A DNA stretch of 64,000 nt from a virus. Position numbers and translations under genes: made by a program. The notes under the pieces are model-generated. The model searched no databases and was not told the DNA's origin. It saw only the letters and a program-made list of their open reading frames with translations. The stretch is from the IMG/VR virus record IMGVR_UViG_3300045588_000033, positions 1 to 64,000 of that record; one strand, 5' to 3'. Positions 26,187 through 35,743 of this stretch are shown here, one piece after another. Within the stretch, counting starts at the first letter, position 1, and the number at the start of each line of letters is the position of its first letter.

Positions 26187-27017
26187 ATGGCATTAGTACC
26201 TAAAATATCGCTTACCCTTGGAAATAAATGTAACTTAGTTAATTTATATGAAGAGACTAATGCTTATAACCTAACTACTAATCCTACAGGATGGGGAACT
26301 CCTAATATAGATACAGCTGCTGTAGTATCAGCAACTGTAAATGTTTACCCTTGGACTTATACTCCAGCTATTAATGCTTTTGGTACAGGAACAATCTCAG
26401 GAACTACTTTTACAGATGTATCGCATTTATCAGGTACTTTTGTTGTAGGGCAATACTTAACAGGTATCGGAGTAACTCCAGGTACTAAAATAGTAGCATT
26501 AATAACAGGTACAGGAGCTAATGACGGAGGAACTTATCAAGTTAATATCTCTCAGTCAGTATTATCTACTGTTATAATGGGAGTATCTGTTTTAGAGCAG
26601 TTTATCTTTAAAAATTCTACTATCAATTTATATACTGGACAAATAGGAAATCCTACTCCAGTTCCTTTTACCGCTTTAATTGACCAATCATGGAGTCAGT
26701 CAGACGGTATATATCAAGTAGTTTATTCTGTATTAACATCAACAACAGAGTATACTAATGATACACAATATGAACTATTCTTGTGCAATGTATGTAATTG
26801 CAAAGATAGACTTGTTGTTGCTTTAATAGATGCATGTGATTCTATCACTGTAAGAAAATTAAAAGACCAAGTAGATCAAATGGAAATTTTTATCTACGGA
26901 ATACAATCTGCATTTGCATGCGGAGATTTTGATACTGCAGAAGCTATTCTTACTGCGGCTAGTACTTACTGCCAAACAATTGTAGATTGTGGTTGCGGTT
27001 GTAATGGAGGATGTTAA
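26187..27017 (+). CDS. Virion protein with Cys-rich C-terminus (candidate tail hub/collar)
   Basis: 276 aa ending CQTIVDCGCGCNGGC. Confidence 0.6.
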   Translation: MALVPKISLTLGNKCNLVNLYEETNAYNLTTNPTGWGTPNIDTAAVVSATVNVYPWTYTPAINAFGTGTISGTTFTDVSHLSGTFVVGQYLTGIGVTPGTKIVALITGTGANDGGTYQVNISQSVLSTVIMGVSVLEQFIFKNSTINLYTGQIGNPTPVPFTALIDQSWSQSDGIYQVVYSVLTSTTEYTNDTQYELFLCNVCNCKDRLVVALIDACDSITVRKLKDQVDQMEIFIYGIQSAFACGDFDTAEAILTAASTYCQTIVDCGCGCNGGC

Positions 27018-27034
27018 TATAAATATAAAGAATT

Positions 27035-27670
27035 ATGTGTGGATGTAAAGATTGTCAAGGAATTACTTTATTAAGTGGAAATGACGGAAAAGGAATAGTA
27101 AGTGTTACTTCTAATGGTAACGGAACTTTCACTTATTTATACACAGATGGGACAACTTATATTACGCCCAACTTAAATGGAGCAAACGGTACTAATGGTA
27201 CTAACGGAGCAACAGGTGCTACGGGCGCAACAGGTCCACAAGGTCCTGCTGGAGTTTGTCCTTGTGAGCAAGTATTTTACACTACAGAAAGATTGGGAAT
27301 AGGAAGTGTAGCTACTAGTCCATTATTGAGTACCATTACTGGAACTAGTTACACAGTACCTGTAGGAACACCTACAGCTTTGTATAAAGTTAGTTATTCG
27401 GCACAAATAACTTATCAAATTGAGTCTGCATTTACAGGAGGATTAATATCTTATAATATTTTTAATAATGGAGTAATAATAGATGCCCAAGTAAATAGAG
27501 TTTCTTCATTTTATTCTACATTTTTACAAAATATGGTATTTAATACATCAGTTCTTCTTTCTGATATTTCATTGTCAGCAGGAGATACTATAGATATTAA
27601 AGGATCATCAACCAATTCTGATAAAATATATTTAGGATTTGGAATATTTATACTTGATAAAATTAGCTAA
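27035..27670 (+). CDS. Collagen-repeat fibre protein
   Basis: GANGTNGTNGATGATGATGPQGPAG followed by a beta-rich head. Confidence 0.75.
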   Translation: MCGCKDCQGITLLSGNDGKGIVSVTSNGNGTFTYLYTDGTTYITPNLNGANGTNGTNGATGATGATGPQGPAGVCPCEQVFYTTERLGIGSVATSPLLSTITGTSYTVPVGTPTALYKVSYSAQITYQIESAFTGGLISYNIFNNGVIIDAQVNRVSSFYSTFLQNMVFNTSVLLSDISLSAGDTIDIKGSSTNSDKIYLGFGIFILDKIS

Positions 27671-27915
27671 TGGCGATGTGCGATGATTATTCGTTATTAG
27701 TTTGGGATAAACAATGCGAGTTTGGTAAAGCAACATTTAAATACATGCAGCAATTGCAGTTCGGCAATGCATGCTGCGAGACACTAGATAAATTAAAAAA
27801 TAAGCGTAGAGCTTTAGAAATTCTTAACTGCTACGATACTAGAGATATAGAAAATAATACTACTATATACAACACTTTAACTTACCAACAGATTAAAAAC
27901 TTATTAAATTCTTAA
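27670..27915 (+). CDS. Small Cys-rich putative virion protein
   Basis: 81 aa, TAATG coupling. Confidence 0.6.
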   Translation: MAMCDDYSLLVWDKQCEFGKATFKYMQQLQFGNACCETLDKLKNKRRALEILNCYDTRDIENNTTIYNTLTYQQIKNLLNS

Positions 27916-27917
27916 TT

Positions 27918-28313
27918 ATGTCACAAAAAGAAGTAGCCATAGTAGGCCATAATAATACAAGAGCACAAGTAACAGGTCAAGAAGAATTACTTGTAAAAGT
28001 AAACTCTATAGGGTCTACTACAGGTTTAGCTACAGAAGTTACATTACAACAAGTAGAAGTAAACACTTCTCCTTACGCAAGAGTACCAAGCATGATTAGA
28101 ACATCTTTATCAGGTGCTTTAACTCCTAATATTTATAGTGCATCTGTAGCTAACGTAGGTACATTAGATGGATTATTTTTAGGAGCTATACTTAAGAGTG
28201 GTGAAATCATTAATATTTCAGCAGGAGATATAAACAATTACTTTGCAAGTAATGTCATTACATATAATGCAATTGGAACAGAGTTTATTATAACTTATAT
28301 AACTGCGGTATAA
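27918..28313 (+). CDS. Putative virion protein
   Basis: 131 aa, GLATEVTL linker. Confidence 0.6.
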   Translation: MSQKEVAIVGHNNTRAQVTGQEELLVKVNSIGSTTGLATEVTLQQVEVNTSPYARVPSMIRTSLSGALTPNIYSASVANVGTLDGLFLGAILKSGEIINISAGDINNYFASNVITYNAIGTEFIITYITAV

Positions 28314-29680
28314 TGAATTCTAAAACAAGAATATTTAAGTTTGTACCTACAACTGTATCAGGGCCTTTTAAAGTAAGGGTAGTTGCTGACGGTGGTAGTG
28401 TTGAATCAGAATCTTGTTTAAATGCTCAGGCTAAAGTATTATCTGACTCAGGTATATTAAGAGAGTGTAGTTTATTTATTACTCCTAATGGATATAAGAC
28501 AAGTAAACTATATGCTCAAACTCCATCCAACGGCAACGGAGACTTAACATGGACACGAAATAGTGAAACAACAAGGGTAAATAGTGCGAGGTTAATTGAG
28601 AATGTACTAGCAAACGTACCACGCTTAGACTATTCTTTGGGCGGTTGTCCAAGTATTTTATTAGAACCTCAGAGGACTAATCTGGCACTAAACTCAGGCG
28701 ATGCACTAAGTGGTGGTGGGACTGGAGGTGTGGTCGTTGCTGATCAGATTACGGCACCTGACGGCAGCTTGGCTGATTTCTTTAAAGAGGACACAAGTAA
28801 TGGTGAGCATTATGCGGGTGACAGAACTTTTTCCGTTACTGCTGGAACCACATATACATGGTCGTTTTATGCCAAGCTTGGGTTGACAGGGGAGGTCCGA
28901 CGCGTGTGCGTGAGAACTGGTCTTCAAGGCCCAGCAAATGTTATTTTCGATCTTGAAACAGGTGACAGTACTGTAATTGGAGGTGCTATTTCTTTCGGCA
29001 GTAGTTCTGCTGGAAATGGATGGTGGCGTTGCTGGATTGTGTTCATAGCAACTGGCACTGGAGTAGCTGTGTTTCGTCAGCAATTAGCAAAAGGCGTTAG
29101 CACTGGTTACATAGGTAACGGCACCTCAGGTCTATTTCTCTGGGGCGCTCAACTGGAAGCAGGAGCCTACCCAACATCCTACATCCCAACAGTTGCAAGT
29201 ACATTTACAAGGGTTGCGGATACATTTAGCCGAAACAACATATTTACAAATGGGCTAATTTCTGCAAGTGGTGGAACATGGTTTATTGAATTGAATAATA
29301 ATTTATTATTGACAAGAGATGCAATAGGAAATGGTATTTGGATTGGAGATAACAATACATCAAGCACAACTGGAAATTCATTAAACATTAGACACAACGG
29401 ATTGACTGCAAGATTAATTATAAATAAGTGTATTAATGGTACGTTAACACCGTTATACACCACTTTGACAAACACTATTAAAATAGCAATTGATTGGAAT
29501 GGTACAACTGCAGATGTCTTTGTGAATGGTGTTAAGGTTGTAACAAATACTGCCTTTGCAGTTACTAATATGGAATTCTTAAATGGTAATGGTATAGACG
29601 TTACAAAATACATCAAACAAATGTGGCTTGAAAATGTTCCAATGTCCGACACTAAATTAATAGCAGCAACAACATTATGA
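28313..29680 (+). CDS. Spike/fibre protein with carbohydrate-binding-like and concanavalin-like domains
   Basis: PRLDY...LLEPQRTNL, GNGWWRC, WGAQLEAGAYPTSYIPT...TRVAD motifs. Confidence 0.8.
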   Translation: MNSKTRIFKFVPTTVSGPFKVRVVADGGSVESESCLNAQAKVLSDSGILRECSLFITPNGYKTSKLYAQTPSNGNGDLTWTRNSETTRVNSARLIENVLANVPRLDYSLGGCPSILLEPQRTNLALNSGDALSGGGTGGVVVADQITAPDGSLADFFKEDTSNGEHYAGDRTFSVTAGTTYTWSFYAKLGLTGEVRRVCVRTGLQGPANVIFDLETGDSTVIGGAISFGSSSAGNGWWRCWIVFIATGTGVAVFRQQLAKGVSTGYIGNGTSGLFLWGAQLEAGAYPTSYIPTVASTFTRVADTFSRNNIFTNGLISASGGTWFIELNNNLLLTRDAIGNGIWIGDNNTSSTTGNSLNIRHNGLTARLIINKCINGTLTPLYTTLTNTIKIAIDWNGTTADVFVNGVKVVTNTAFAVTNMEFLNGNGIDVTKYIKQMWLENVPMSDTKLIAATTL

Positions 29681-29949
29681 TATACCAACTCAAATATCCA
29701 ACAAAAGAAGTAGCAATAAAAGACTTGCTACAAAAAGGAGTGTATACCAAAGATATGCAGTTCGGAAATAACATTCAAGCGGTTGTAGAAATCGGTTTAA
29801 TTGTAGATACTCCAGCAGTAATGGAAGACATGGAAATAGTTACAGAAGCTATCTATTTTGATGGTTACCACTTTGATATAATGACTGATGAAGTACTTGA
29901 ATTTGATTATATTGTAACACCAAAAAACCAAAGTCATAAATTCTTATAA
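29677..29949 (+). CDS. Small fibre-associated protein
   Basis: 90 aa, ATGA overlap, DGYHFDI motif. Confidence 0.65.
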   Translation: MIYQLKYPTKEVAIKDLLQKGVYTKDMQFGNNIQAVVEIGLIVDTPAVMEDMEIVTEAIYFDGYHFDIMTDEVLEFDYIVTPKNQSHKFL

Positions 29950-29951
29950 TC

Positions 29952-30506
29952 ATGGCAACAGATATCCAAATAGTAAAACCGCAATTACCTCAGTATCAAC
30001 CAGGATTATTTGCACAAACTGCATTAGGCACTGTAATAACTAATACTATTGCAGAAACTTCTCTTATAGGCCCAGGAGTGGGTACATTATCCGTTCCTGC
30101 AAATGGTTTTAAAGTAGGAGATAGTTTTTCACTTAAGATGTGTGGAAAGTTATCTTGTGCAAACAATGAAACAATACAGGTTAGAATTAAATCTAATGGA
30201 GTTGTTATTGGAGACTTTGGAGTATTTCCAATGAAGATTGCTACAAGTAAGTTTTTTGAACTAATAGCAGACTTCACAGTTACTAAAATTGGTGCAGCAG
30301 GTGTTGCAGAATTATTTGTCAATGGTCAATATAGTTATAATCACAATGCAGCTGGTGTATTAGATGGAACTAACTTTGCATTAATATCTAATACCGTATT
30401 TGATACTACTATAAATAATACTCTTACTATTACAGCACAATGGGGATTAGCAAATGCTGCTAATGCTATTCAATCACAAAACTTTGTATTATCTAAAACT
30501 TATTAA
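29952..30506 (+). CDS. Putative fibre/decoration protein
   Basis: 184 aa beta-rich; N-terminus MATDIQIVKP. Confidence 0.65.
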   Translation: MATDIQIVKPQLPQYQPGLFAQTALGTVITNTIAETSLIGPGVGTLSVPANGFKVGDSFSLKMCGKLSCANNETIQVRIKSNGVVIGDFGVFPMKIATSKFFELIADFTVTKIGAAGVAELFVNGQYSYNHNAAGVLDGTNFALISNTVFDTTINNTLTITAQWGLANAANAIQSQNFVLSKTY

Positions 30507-30509
30507 AAT

Positions 30510-31997
30510 ATGCCTACTGATATTCAAATTGTAAAACCAGATTTAATAATAGAAGGAAATAATATTGCTACTCCTAAGAGGGCTGCATTAAATTTTATAA
30601 ATGCTACAGTAACAGATGATGCTATTAATAATCAGACTAATGTTACTATACCACCATCAGGAATCACAATAGGCACAACACCAATCACTTCAGGAGTTGC
30701 AGGTCGTGTGTTGTTTGAGGGTAGTGGGAATGTAGTGCAGGAAGATGCTAACTTTACATACGATGAAACATTAAAAAGATTAACTTTAAAAGCAGTTGGC
30801 GCACTATCTACCGACATAGCATTCCGCATTAGAAACTCAGCAGATACACTTGACATAATCCGTGCAAATGGAGCAGGGGATGTGTTTGTTGGGTTAGGTG
30901 CGGGAAGGGTTAGTACGGGAAGTGGTAATACAGCTATTGGATTTCAATCTCTTTTTTCAAATACTTCCAGTGGTAGTAACACTGCTATTGGTAATAATTC
31001 ACTATTGAATTCTACAGGCGCTAGTAATACAGCTCTTGGATTTCAATCACTTTATACAAATTCATCAGGAGGAGGAAATGTAGCAATTGGAGCAAACTCA
31101 CTTTTAAGTAATACGACAGGAAACAATAATGTTTCAAATGGTTTTGGATCACTTAATTTTAACACAACAGGGAGTAATAATGTTGCTGATGGTTTTTATG
31201 CAGGTCGCTTCATAGCAGACGGCACAACAGCAAACACTATTACAAATAACTCAATCTACCTAGGCAACAACACTAAAGCCCTTGCAAACAACCAAACAAA
31301 CCAAATAGTTATAGGAGATAGTGCTACGGGTTTAGGTTCAAACACAGCGGTACTTGGAAATGACTCAATTACATTAACTGGGTTAAAAGGTAACGTAGCT
31401 ATTGGTGCAACAAGTGCTAGTGCTAAACTAGACATCAAATCCCAAGGAGCGTTAAGTACGGATGTTGCGTTTAGAGTTAGGAATAGTGCGGATACTTCAA
31501 ACTTAATGAGTGTTCAAGGTGATGGAAATGTTAACTTTTTAACTAGGACAAACTTAGGTTTTCAAGGAATGACAACAACGGGCGGAGCATTATTTGTCTA
31601 CGCTGGTAATTCTGCGGATTTCATGTCGAGATGGATAAATACAGTTGGAAATCCTTGTATTGATTTTAGAACAAATGCAGATGGTGGGCAAATAATTTTA
31701 AGAAATCATTTAGGAGTTACTTCACTTACTTTGGACGGTAGATTTTCTAACGCTGTTGATTTTGCAGATAGTAGAGATATCGGATTCGGAACGGGTGGAG
31801 GTACTCGAATCGGTTACGCAACAAATCAAAAACTTGCATTTTGGAACGCAACACCAATAGTTCAGCCAACAACCGCAGTAACAGCAGCTACTTTAACAAG
31901 CAATTTAGGGACAATATTAACAGACACAGATACATTTGATGGCTATACAATGAAACAAGTTGTAAAAGCATTAAGAAATATGGGTATATTAGCGTAA
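30510..31997 (+). CDS. Tail fibre with GxxNTAIG beta-roll repeats
   Basis: ~14-aa repeats; internal duplication GALSTD(I/V)AFR(I/V)RNSADT; N-terminus MPTDIQIVKP. Confidence 0.8.
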   Translation: MPTDIQIVKPDLIIEGNNIATPKRAALNFINATVTDDAINNQTNVTIPPSGITIGTTPITSGVAGRVLFEGSGNVVQEDANFTYDETLKRLTLKAVGALSTDIAFRIRNSADTLDIIRANGAGDVFVGLGAGRVSTGSGNTAIGFQSLFSNTSSGSNTAIGNNSLLNSTGASNTALGFQSLYTNSSGGGNVAIGANSLLSNTTGNNNVSNGFGSLNFNTTGSNNVADGFYAGRFIADGTTANTITNNSIYLGNNTKALANNQTNQIVIGDSATGLGSNTAVLGNDSITLTGLKGNVAIGATSASAKLDIKSQGALSTDVAFRVRNSADTSNLMSVQGDGNVNFLTRTNLGFQGMTTTGGALFVYAGNSADFMSRWINTVGNPCIDFRTNADGGQIILRNHLGVTSLTLDGRFSNAVDFADSRDIGFGTGGGTRIGYATNQKLAFWNATPIVQPTTAVTAATLTSNLGTILTDTDTFDGYTMKQVVKALRNMGILA

Positions 31998-32022
31998 AAT
32001 TTAACAATTAAAAACAAATAAA

Positions 32023-32334
32023 ATGGGTTTAAAAATCAAAGCAACAAAAGAAAAGACAATCAAGTACATGGATTTGTCGGGTGAAGTGCAAGAGTTAACA
32101 AGTGTTTACGCACGTGTAGAGTGGGCAGCTAGAGAAAATGGAACAAAAGTTGAGGCTGCGTTTCCTTACATCTTTGTAAGCAAAGAAGCGTTTAAGTTAG
32201 GAGCTTCAATGATTCAAACAGACATTCCAACAAGTGCAAATGGAGAAGTTGTAATACAAGACAACCAAACTGTGCATGAACTTTGTAAAGTTGAACTTGA
32301 AAAGTTGGGTTACGAAGTTGAAATAGACTTGTAA
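32023..32334 (+). CDS. Hypothetical protein (possible fibre chaperone)
   Basis: 103 aa directly after the fibre gene. Confidence 0.6.
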   Translation: MGLKIKATKEKTIKYMDLSGEVQELTSVYARVEWAARENGTKVEAAFPYIFVSKEAFKLGASMIQTDIPTSANGEVVIQDNQTVHELCKVELEKLGYEVEIDL

Positions 32335-32879
32335 TGCAATTTGATGTAAGACATATAATTACTTTATTCTTTGCTACTTTAATTAGCATAGTAATGTTGT
32401 ACATGTTATCTGGCTGTCACAATGCCAAATATCATTTAGATAAGTTCTATGCTAAAGGTGGAGTAATAACGTGTGACACCACTTATATCAAGACTACAGA
32501 CACTATATACATTAAGGGAGTTGACGGAAAAGACTCCCTCATATATGTTGTCAAAAATATACCATGTCCAAAGGCTACTGTAGAAACAAGATGGATGACA
32601 AGATTTGATAATAGAAGATTCAAAGACTCTTTAAAGATAATGGCAGGAATGTATTCTGATTCTTTAAGAGCAGCTATTAAAAACAATAGAATAGATTCCA
32701 GAGAAGAAAAAATTAAGAATTCACAAGAAGAGAAAACAAATAGAACTCAAATAAAAGAAGAAAATAGAAATTATCCTTGGTGGATGATATTTCTTTCAGT
32801 TATGGGTACTATCTTTATAGTTATTATTTTAACCAAAGTATTGATAAGATATATCAAACTACAAGCACCATTAATATGA
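32334..32879 (+). CDS. Unimolecular spanin-like lipoprotein
   Basis: Signal peptide with lipobox LSG-C, C-terminal TM helix, adjacent to holin and endolysin. Confidence 0.7.
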   Translation: MQFDVRHIITLFFATLISIVMLYMLSGCHNAKYHLDKFYAKGGVITCDTTYIKTTDTIYIKGVDGKDSLIYVVKNIPCPKATVETRWMTRFDNRRFKDSLKIMAGMYSDSLRAAIKNNRIDSREEKIKNSQEEKTNRTQIKEENRNYPWWMIFLSVMGTIFIVIILTKVLIRYIKLQAPLI

Positions 32880-33373
32880 AAACGAATTTAATACTTATAG
32901 CTTTGTCAATCTTTTCTTTTTTTGCTCCAATAGAGCTTTGTACAATTATCTTAATGGGTATTATATTATTAGACACAGTAATAAAATTAATATCTTTAAA
33001 AAAGATAGCGTGTGTAGAAGGTAGGAAATTCAGGGATCTATTTAAATCTAAAATGCTTAGAAGAGGATATATATTTAAAGCAGCAGGATACTACATCCTT
33101 GCAGGAGCTTTATTTCCTTTAGACTTCTACGCATTAACTCCATTTAGTTCTAGCCTACTAAGCGCATTGGGATATTCATTTGTAATACCTACACCAGCTT
33201 TGTTTACTAATATGTTATTGTGTATATTTGCTTTAATGGAATTGTCTAGTATCAACGAAAATTGGTTCGATATTAGTGGTAATAACATTTTAAAAAGTAC
33301 ATTTAGTATTGTTAGAAAGATTAGAGCAACGATAACTAAAGTGTCAGACACTTGGAAAAACATTAAAAATTAA
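32876..33373 (+). CDS. Holin (multi-TM)
   Basis: Start MKTNL overlapping the upstream stop; hydrophobic helices, ELSSINEN motif. Confidence 0.75.
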   Translation: MKTNLILIALSIFSFFAPIELCTIILMGIILLDTVIKLISLKKIACVEGRKFRDLFKSKMLRRGYIFKAAGYYILAGALFPLDFYALTPFSSSLLSALGYSFVIPTPALFTNMLLCIFALMELSSINENWFDISGNNILKSTFSIVRKIRATITKVSDTWKNIKN

Positions 33374-33376
33374 GAT

Positions 33377-33895
33377 ATGAGTTATAGTTTTTTAAATACT
33401 GAAAAATCACCAAAGCTTTTAGTTGAAGCAGTAAAAATGCTTGGTACTAAAGAAATTGTAGGTAAGCAACATAATCCTGTTATTATGGGATGGGCTAAAG
33501 AAACTGGTTTAGAAAAAGTTTATACAGCCGATGAAATTCCTTGGTGTGGATTAGCTATTGCGTATGCTTGTCATAAAGCAGGTGTGGAAGTAGTAGATAA
33601 ACCTCTTTGGGCACTTAACTGGGCTAAATATGGAACTAAAGTAAATGAACCTATGTTAGGTGATATTCTTACATTTAAAAGAGATGGTGGCGGGCATGTA
33701 GGAATTTATGTTGGAGAAGACAAAGATTGTTATCATGTACTTGGTGGAAACCAAGGAAACGCTATGAATGTAATAAGAATATTAAAATCAAGATTGCACC
33801 AAGCTAGAAGAACTAAATGGAAGGTTGCTCAACCTGCAAATGTTCGTAAAGTATTGTTAGATGCTAAAGGTATAATCAGTAAAAATGAAGCATAA
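33377..33895 (+). CDS. Endolysin, NlpC/P60-CHAP-like (TIGR02594-like)
   Basis: DEIPWCG, GGHVG, LGGNQ motifs. Confidence 0.85.
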   Translation: MSYSFLNTEKSPKLLVEAVKMLGTKEIVGKQHNPVIMGWAKETGLEKVYTADEIPWCGLAIAYACHKAGVEVVDKPLWALNWAKYGTKVNEPMLGDILTFKRDGGGHVGIYVGEDKDCYHVLGGNQGNAMNVIRILKSRLHQARRTKWKVAQPANVRKVLLDAKGIISKNEA

Positions 33896-34053
33896 TGAAA
33901 ATTAGAAACAATTGGAGAAGCAGTAGAAGACAATGGGACAAATTGTCTTTAAGATTAAGAGTAGCATATTTTGATATATTTACTGTAGAAATAGATATCT
34001 CAAGAGAATTCTATATGTTGACAATTTTAAACATAACTATTAAAAATAGATAA
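33895..34053 (+). CDS. Small hypothetical protein (52 aa)
   Basis: Hand-translated MKIRNNWRSSRRQWDK...; TAATG coupling. Confidence 0.6.
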   Translation: MKIRNNWRSSRRQWDKLSLRLRVAYFDIFTVEIDISREFYMLTILNITIKNR

Positions 34054-34055
34054 TT

Positions 34056-34196
34056 ATGGCTAAGATTAAAGACAGTGCTACAGGAAAGGAAACTACTACT
34101 AAAGTTTATAGACCAGGTGTACATGCTAAATCTAAAAGTTCTAAATTAAAGAGCTCACGTAACTACAAAAAAGCTAACGTAGGCCAAGGAAGATAA
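34056..34196 (+). CDS. Small basic protein (46 aa) ending GQGR
   Basis: MAKIKDS...RPGVHAKSKSSKLKSSRNYKKANVGQGR. Confidence 0.65.
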   Translation: MAKIKDSATGKETTTKVYRPGVHAKSKSSKLKSSRNYKKANVGQGR

Positions 34197-34212
34197 TTTA
34201 AAAAATTAATCG

Positions 34213-34220
34213 TATATTTG
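34213..34220 (+). promoter_or_regulatory. Bacteroidota -7 promoter element
   Basis: TATATTTG ending 5 nt before ATG 34226. Confidence 0.6.
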
Positions 34221-34225
34221 CTATT

Positions 34226-34933
34226 ATGTTATCATTACAAGATTTACAGGCTCAGATAGATGAATCACTTGCGATTAACTCCGTAGAGTCATCCTTCTCG
34301 TATGAATTTTATACAGATTTAATTAATGAGCAAAGATCATTGTGGTTACGCAATGAGTACAATAAAAACAGAAGCATCGATCCGTATGTAATACAGGATC
34401 TAAATTGCATCGAACTAGAATTAGTAAACCCTATACAATGCTGTGTCGCAGTGCCTGCAGGTTGCAAAGTTTTACGAACTAAATTAAAGATTCCAAATAC
34501 AATAGAGTTTTTCTTTACTAAAGGAATCGTTTCTGTAGGTTCTCCCGATATAATGAAGCCAAGAGCTTTATTGGTAGATTATTCTAGAGTGCCTTACGTA
34601 GGTAGCGGCAGAACTAATCAAAATGCTGTTTATGCTTTTTTATACGGAGGGTACATGTACATTACGTCTAAGAGTAGTAGCCATCTAATGATGAAGTACA
34701 TCACCATCAGAGGAATATTTGAAGACCCTACTTCTTTGGGAGAATTTATCAATTGCTCTACTAATCAGACTTGTTGGACTCCAGCAGACCCTTATCCAAT
34801 TAATCAATGGATGTGGGCATATATTAAGCCACAGATATTACAACAATTACTACAGAAAGGTGCAGCACCATACGATGATGCTAACAATGCGCAAGATGCA
34901 AGAATAGATGTTCCCACTCAACCTGCTAGATAA
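34226..34933 (+). CDS. Tail ring protein (crAss-like)
   Basis: 235 aa; QDLNCIELELV, IRGIFEDP motifs; synteny. Confidence 0.7.
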   Translation: MLSLQDLQAQIDESLAINSVESSFSYEFYTDLINEQRSLWLRNEYNKNRSIDPYVIQDLNCIELELVNPIQCCVAVPAGCKVLRTKLKIPNTIEFFFTKGIVSVGSPDIMKPRALLVDYSRVPYVGSGRTNQNAVYAFLYGGYMYITSKSSSHLMMKYITIRGIFEDPTSLGEFINCSTNQTCWTPADPYPINQWMWAYIKPQILQQLLQKGAAPYDDANNAQDARIDVPTQPAR

Positions 34934-35475
34934 TGGAAATGGCTAACATATATTTAAAAAGAGGCAAAGGGAAAATTGCTGGCAATATTAAGAAGGATGA
35001 TTTCTTTTCTTATTATAAAAGCAATGCTAGAGAATCCCTATTGCCTAAAGATAAATATAATGCGTTTATTAAGGATTTACTAAATACCTTTAGTACAGCT
35101 ATAGTTGATAACAATCTAGAGTTAAAGATTACTAAAGTAGGAAAGTTAAGAATAAAGAGTAGTCATTTGAATTTCTTTAAAGCTAATGGGGAGAAATCCA
35201 AAAGCTTAAAACCTAATTGGAAAGCTACTTGGGAATTTTGGCAAAGTAAATACCCAGGATTAACAAGAGACGAGATTGTAGAAATAAAAGATAAGAAAGT
35301 TATTTATCACGAGAATGAGCATTCTAACCAAGAGTTTTATGAGCATTACTGGGATAAAGCAACAATTAATTTAAAGTATAAAAGTTTTTATGTATTTAAA
35401 GCATCAAGACAATATTCTAGATTAATTGCTAAAATAGTTAAAGAACCGAATCGTAAAGTATTTTATTATGGATAA
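34933..35475 (+). CDS. IHF-like protein of the crAss-like tail block
   Basis: LKITKVGKLRIK...NWKAT...YHENEHS; position before tail tubular protein. Confidence 0.65.
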   Translation: MEMANIYLKRGKGKIAGNIKKDDFFSYYKSNARESLLPKDKYNAFIKDLLNTFSTAIVDNNLELKITKVGKLRIKSSHLNFFKANGEKSKSLKPNWKATWEFWQSKYPGLTRDEIVEIKDKKVIYHENEHSNQEFYEHYWDKATINLKYKSFYVFKASRQYSRLIAKIVKEPNRKVFYYG

Positions 35476-35743
35476 CGAAACAATGGAAAACGAAGGCTCC
35501 TCTAAAAGTGTGGAGACTGTAGTAAAGACTACTAGAAAAGAATTTGAAGACGGAGGTTACGAAGAAACACGCGTTGAAGAAGTTGAAGGTGGATTTATTA
35601 CAACCGTTTGTACTCGTAAAAAAGTAAACGGAGAGTGGGAATATAAAGATGAAAAATCAGTAAGCGTAGAAGATCCTACTAAAGATACTTCATCTGAAGG
35701 AATCGCAAGTAGACTAGAAAGCATACTTAAAGGTATAGTATAA
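35468..35743 (+). CDS. Hypothetical acidic protein
   Basis: 91 aa, overlapping neighbours. Confidence 0.6.
   Translation: MDNETMENEGSSKSVETVVKTTRKEFEDGGYEETRVEEVEGGFITTVCTRKKVNGEWEYKDEKSVSVEDPTKDTSSEGIASRLESILKGIV

Noticed and set aside
23804-31997. Diversity-generating retroelement acting on fibre genes
   Set aside because: No reverse transcriptase in the window and no TR/VR pair differing only at adenines was seen
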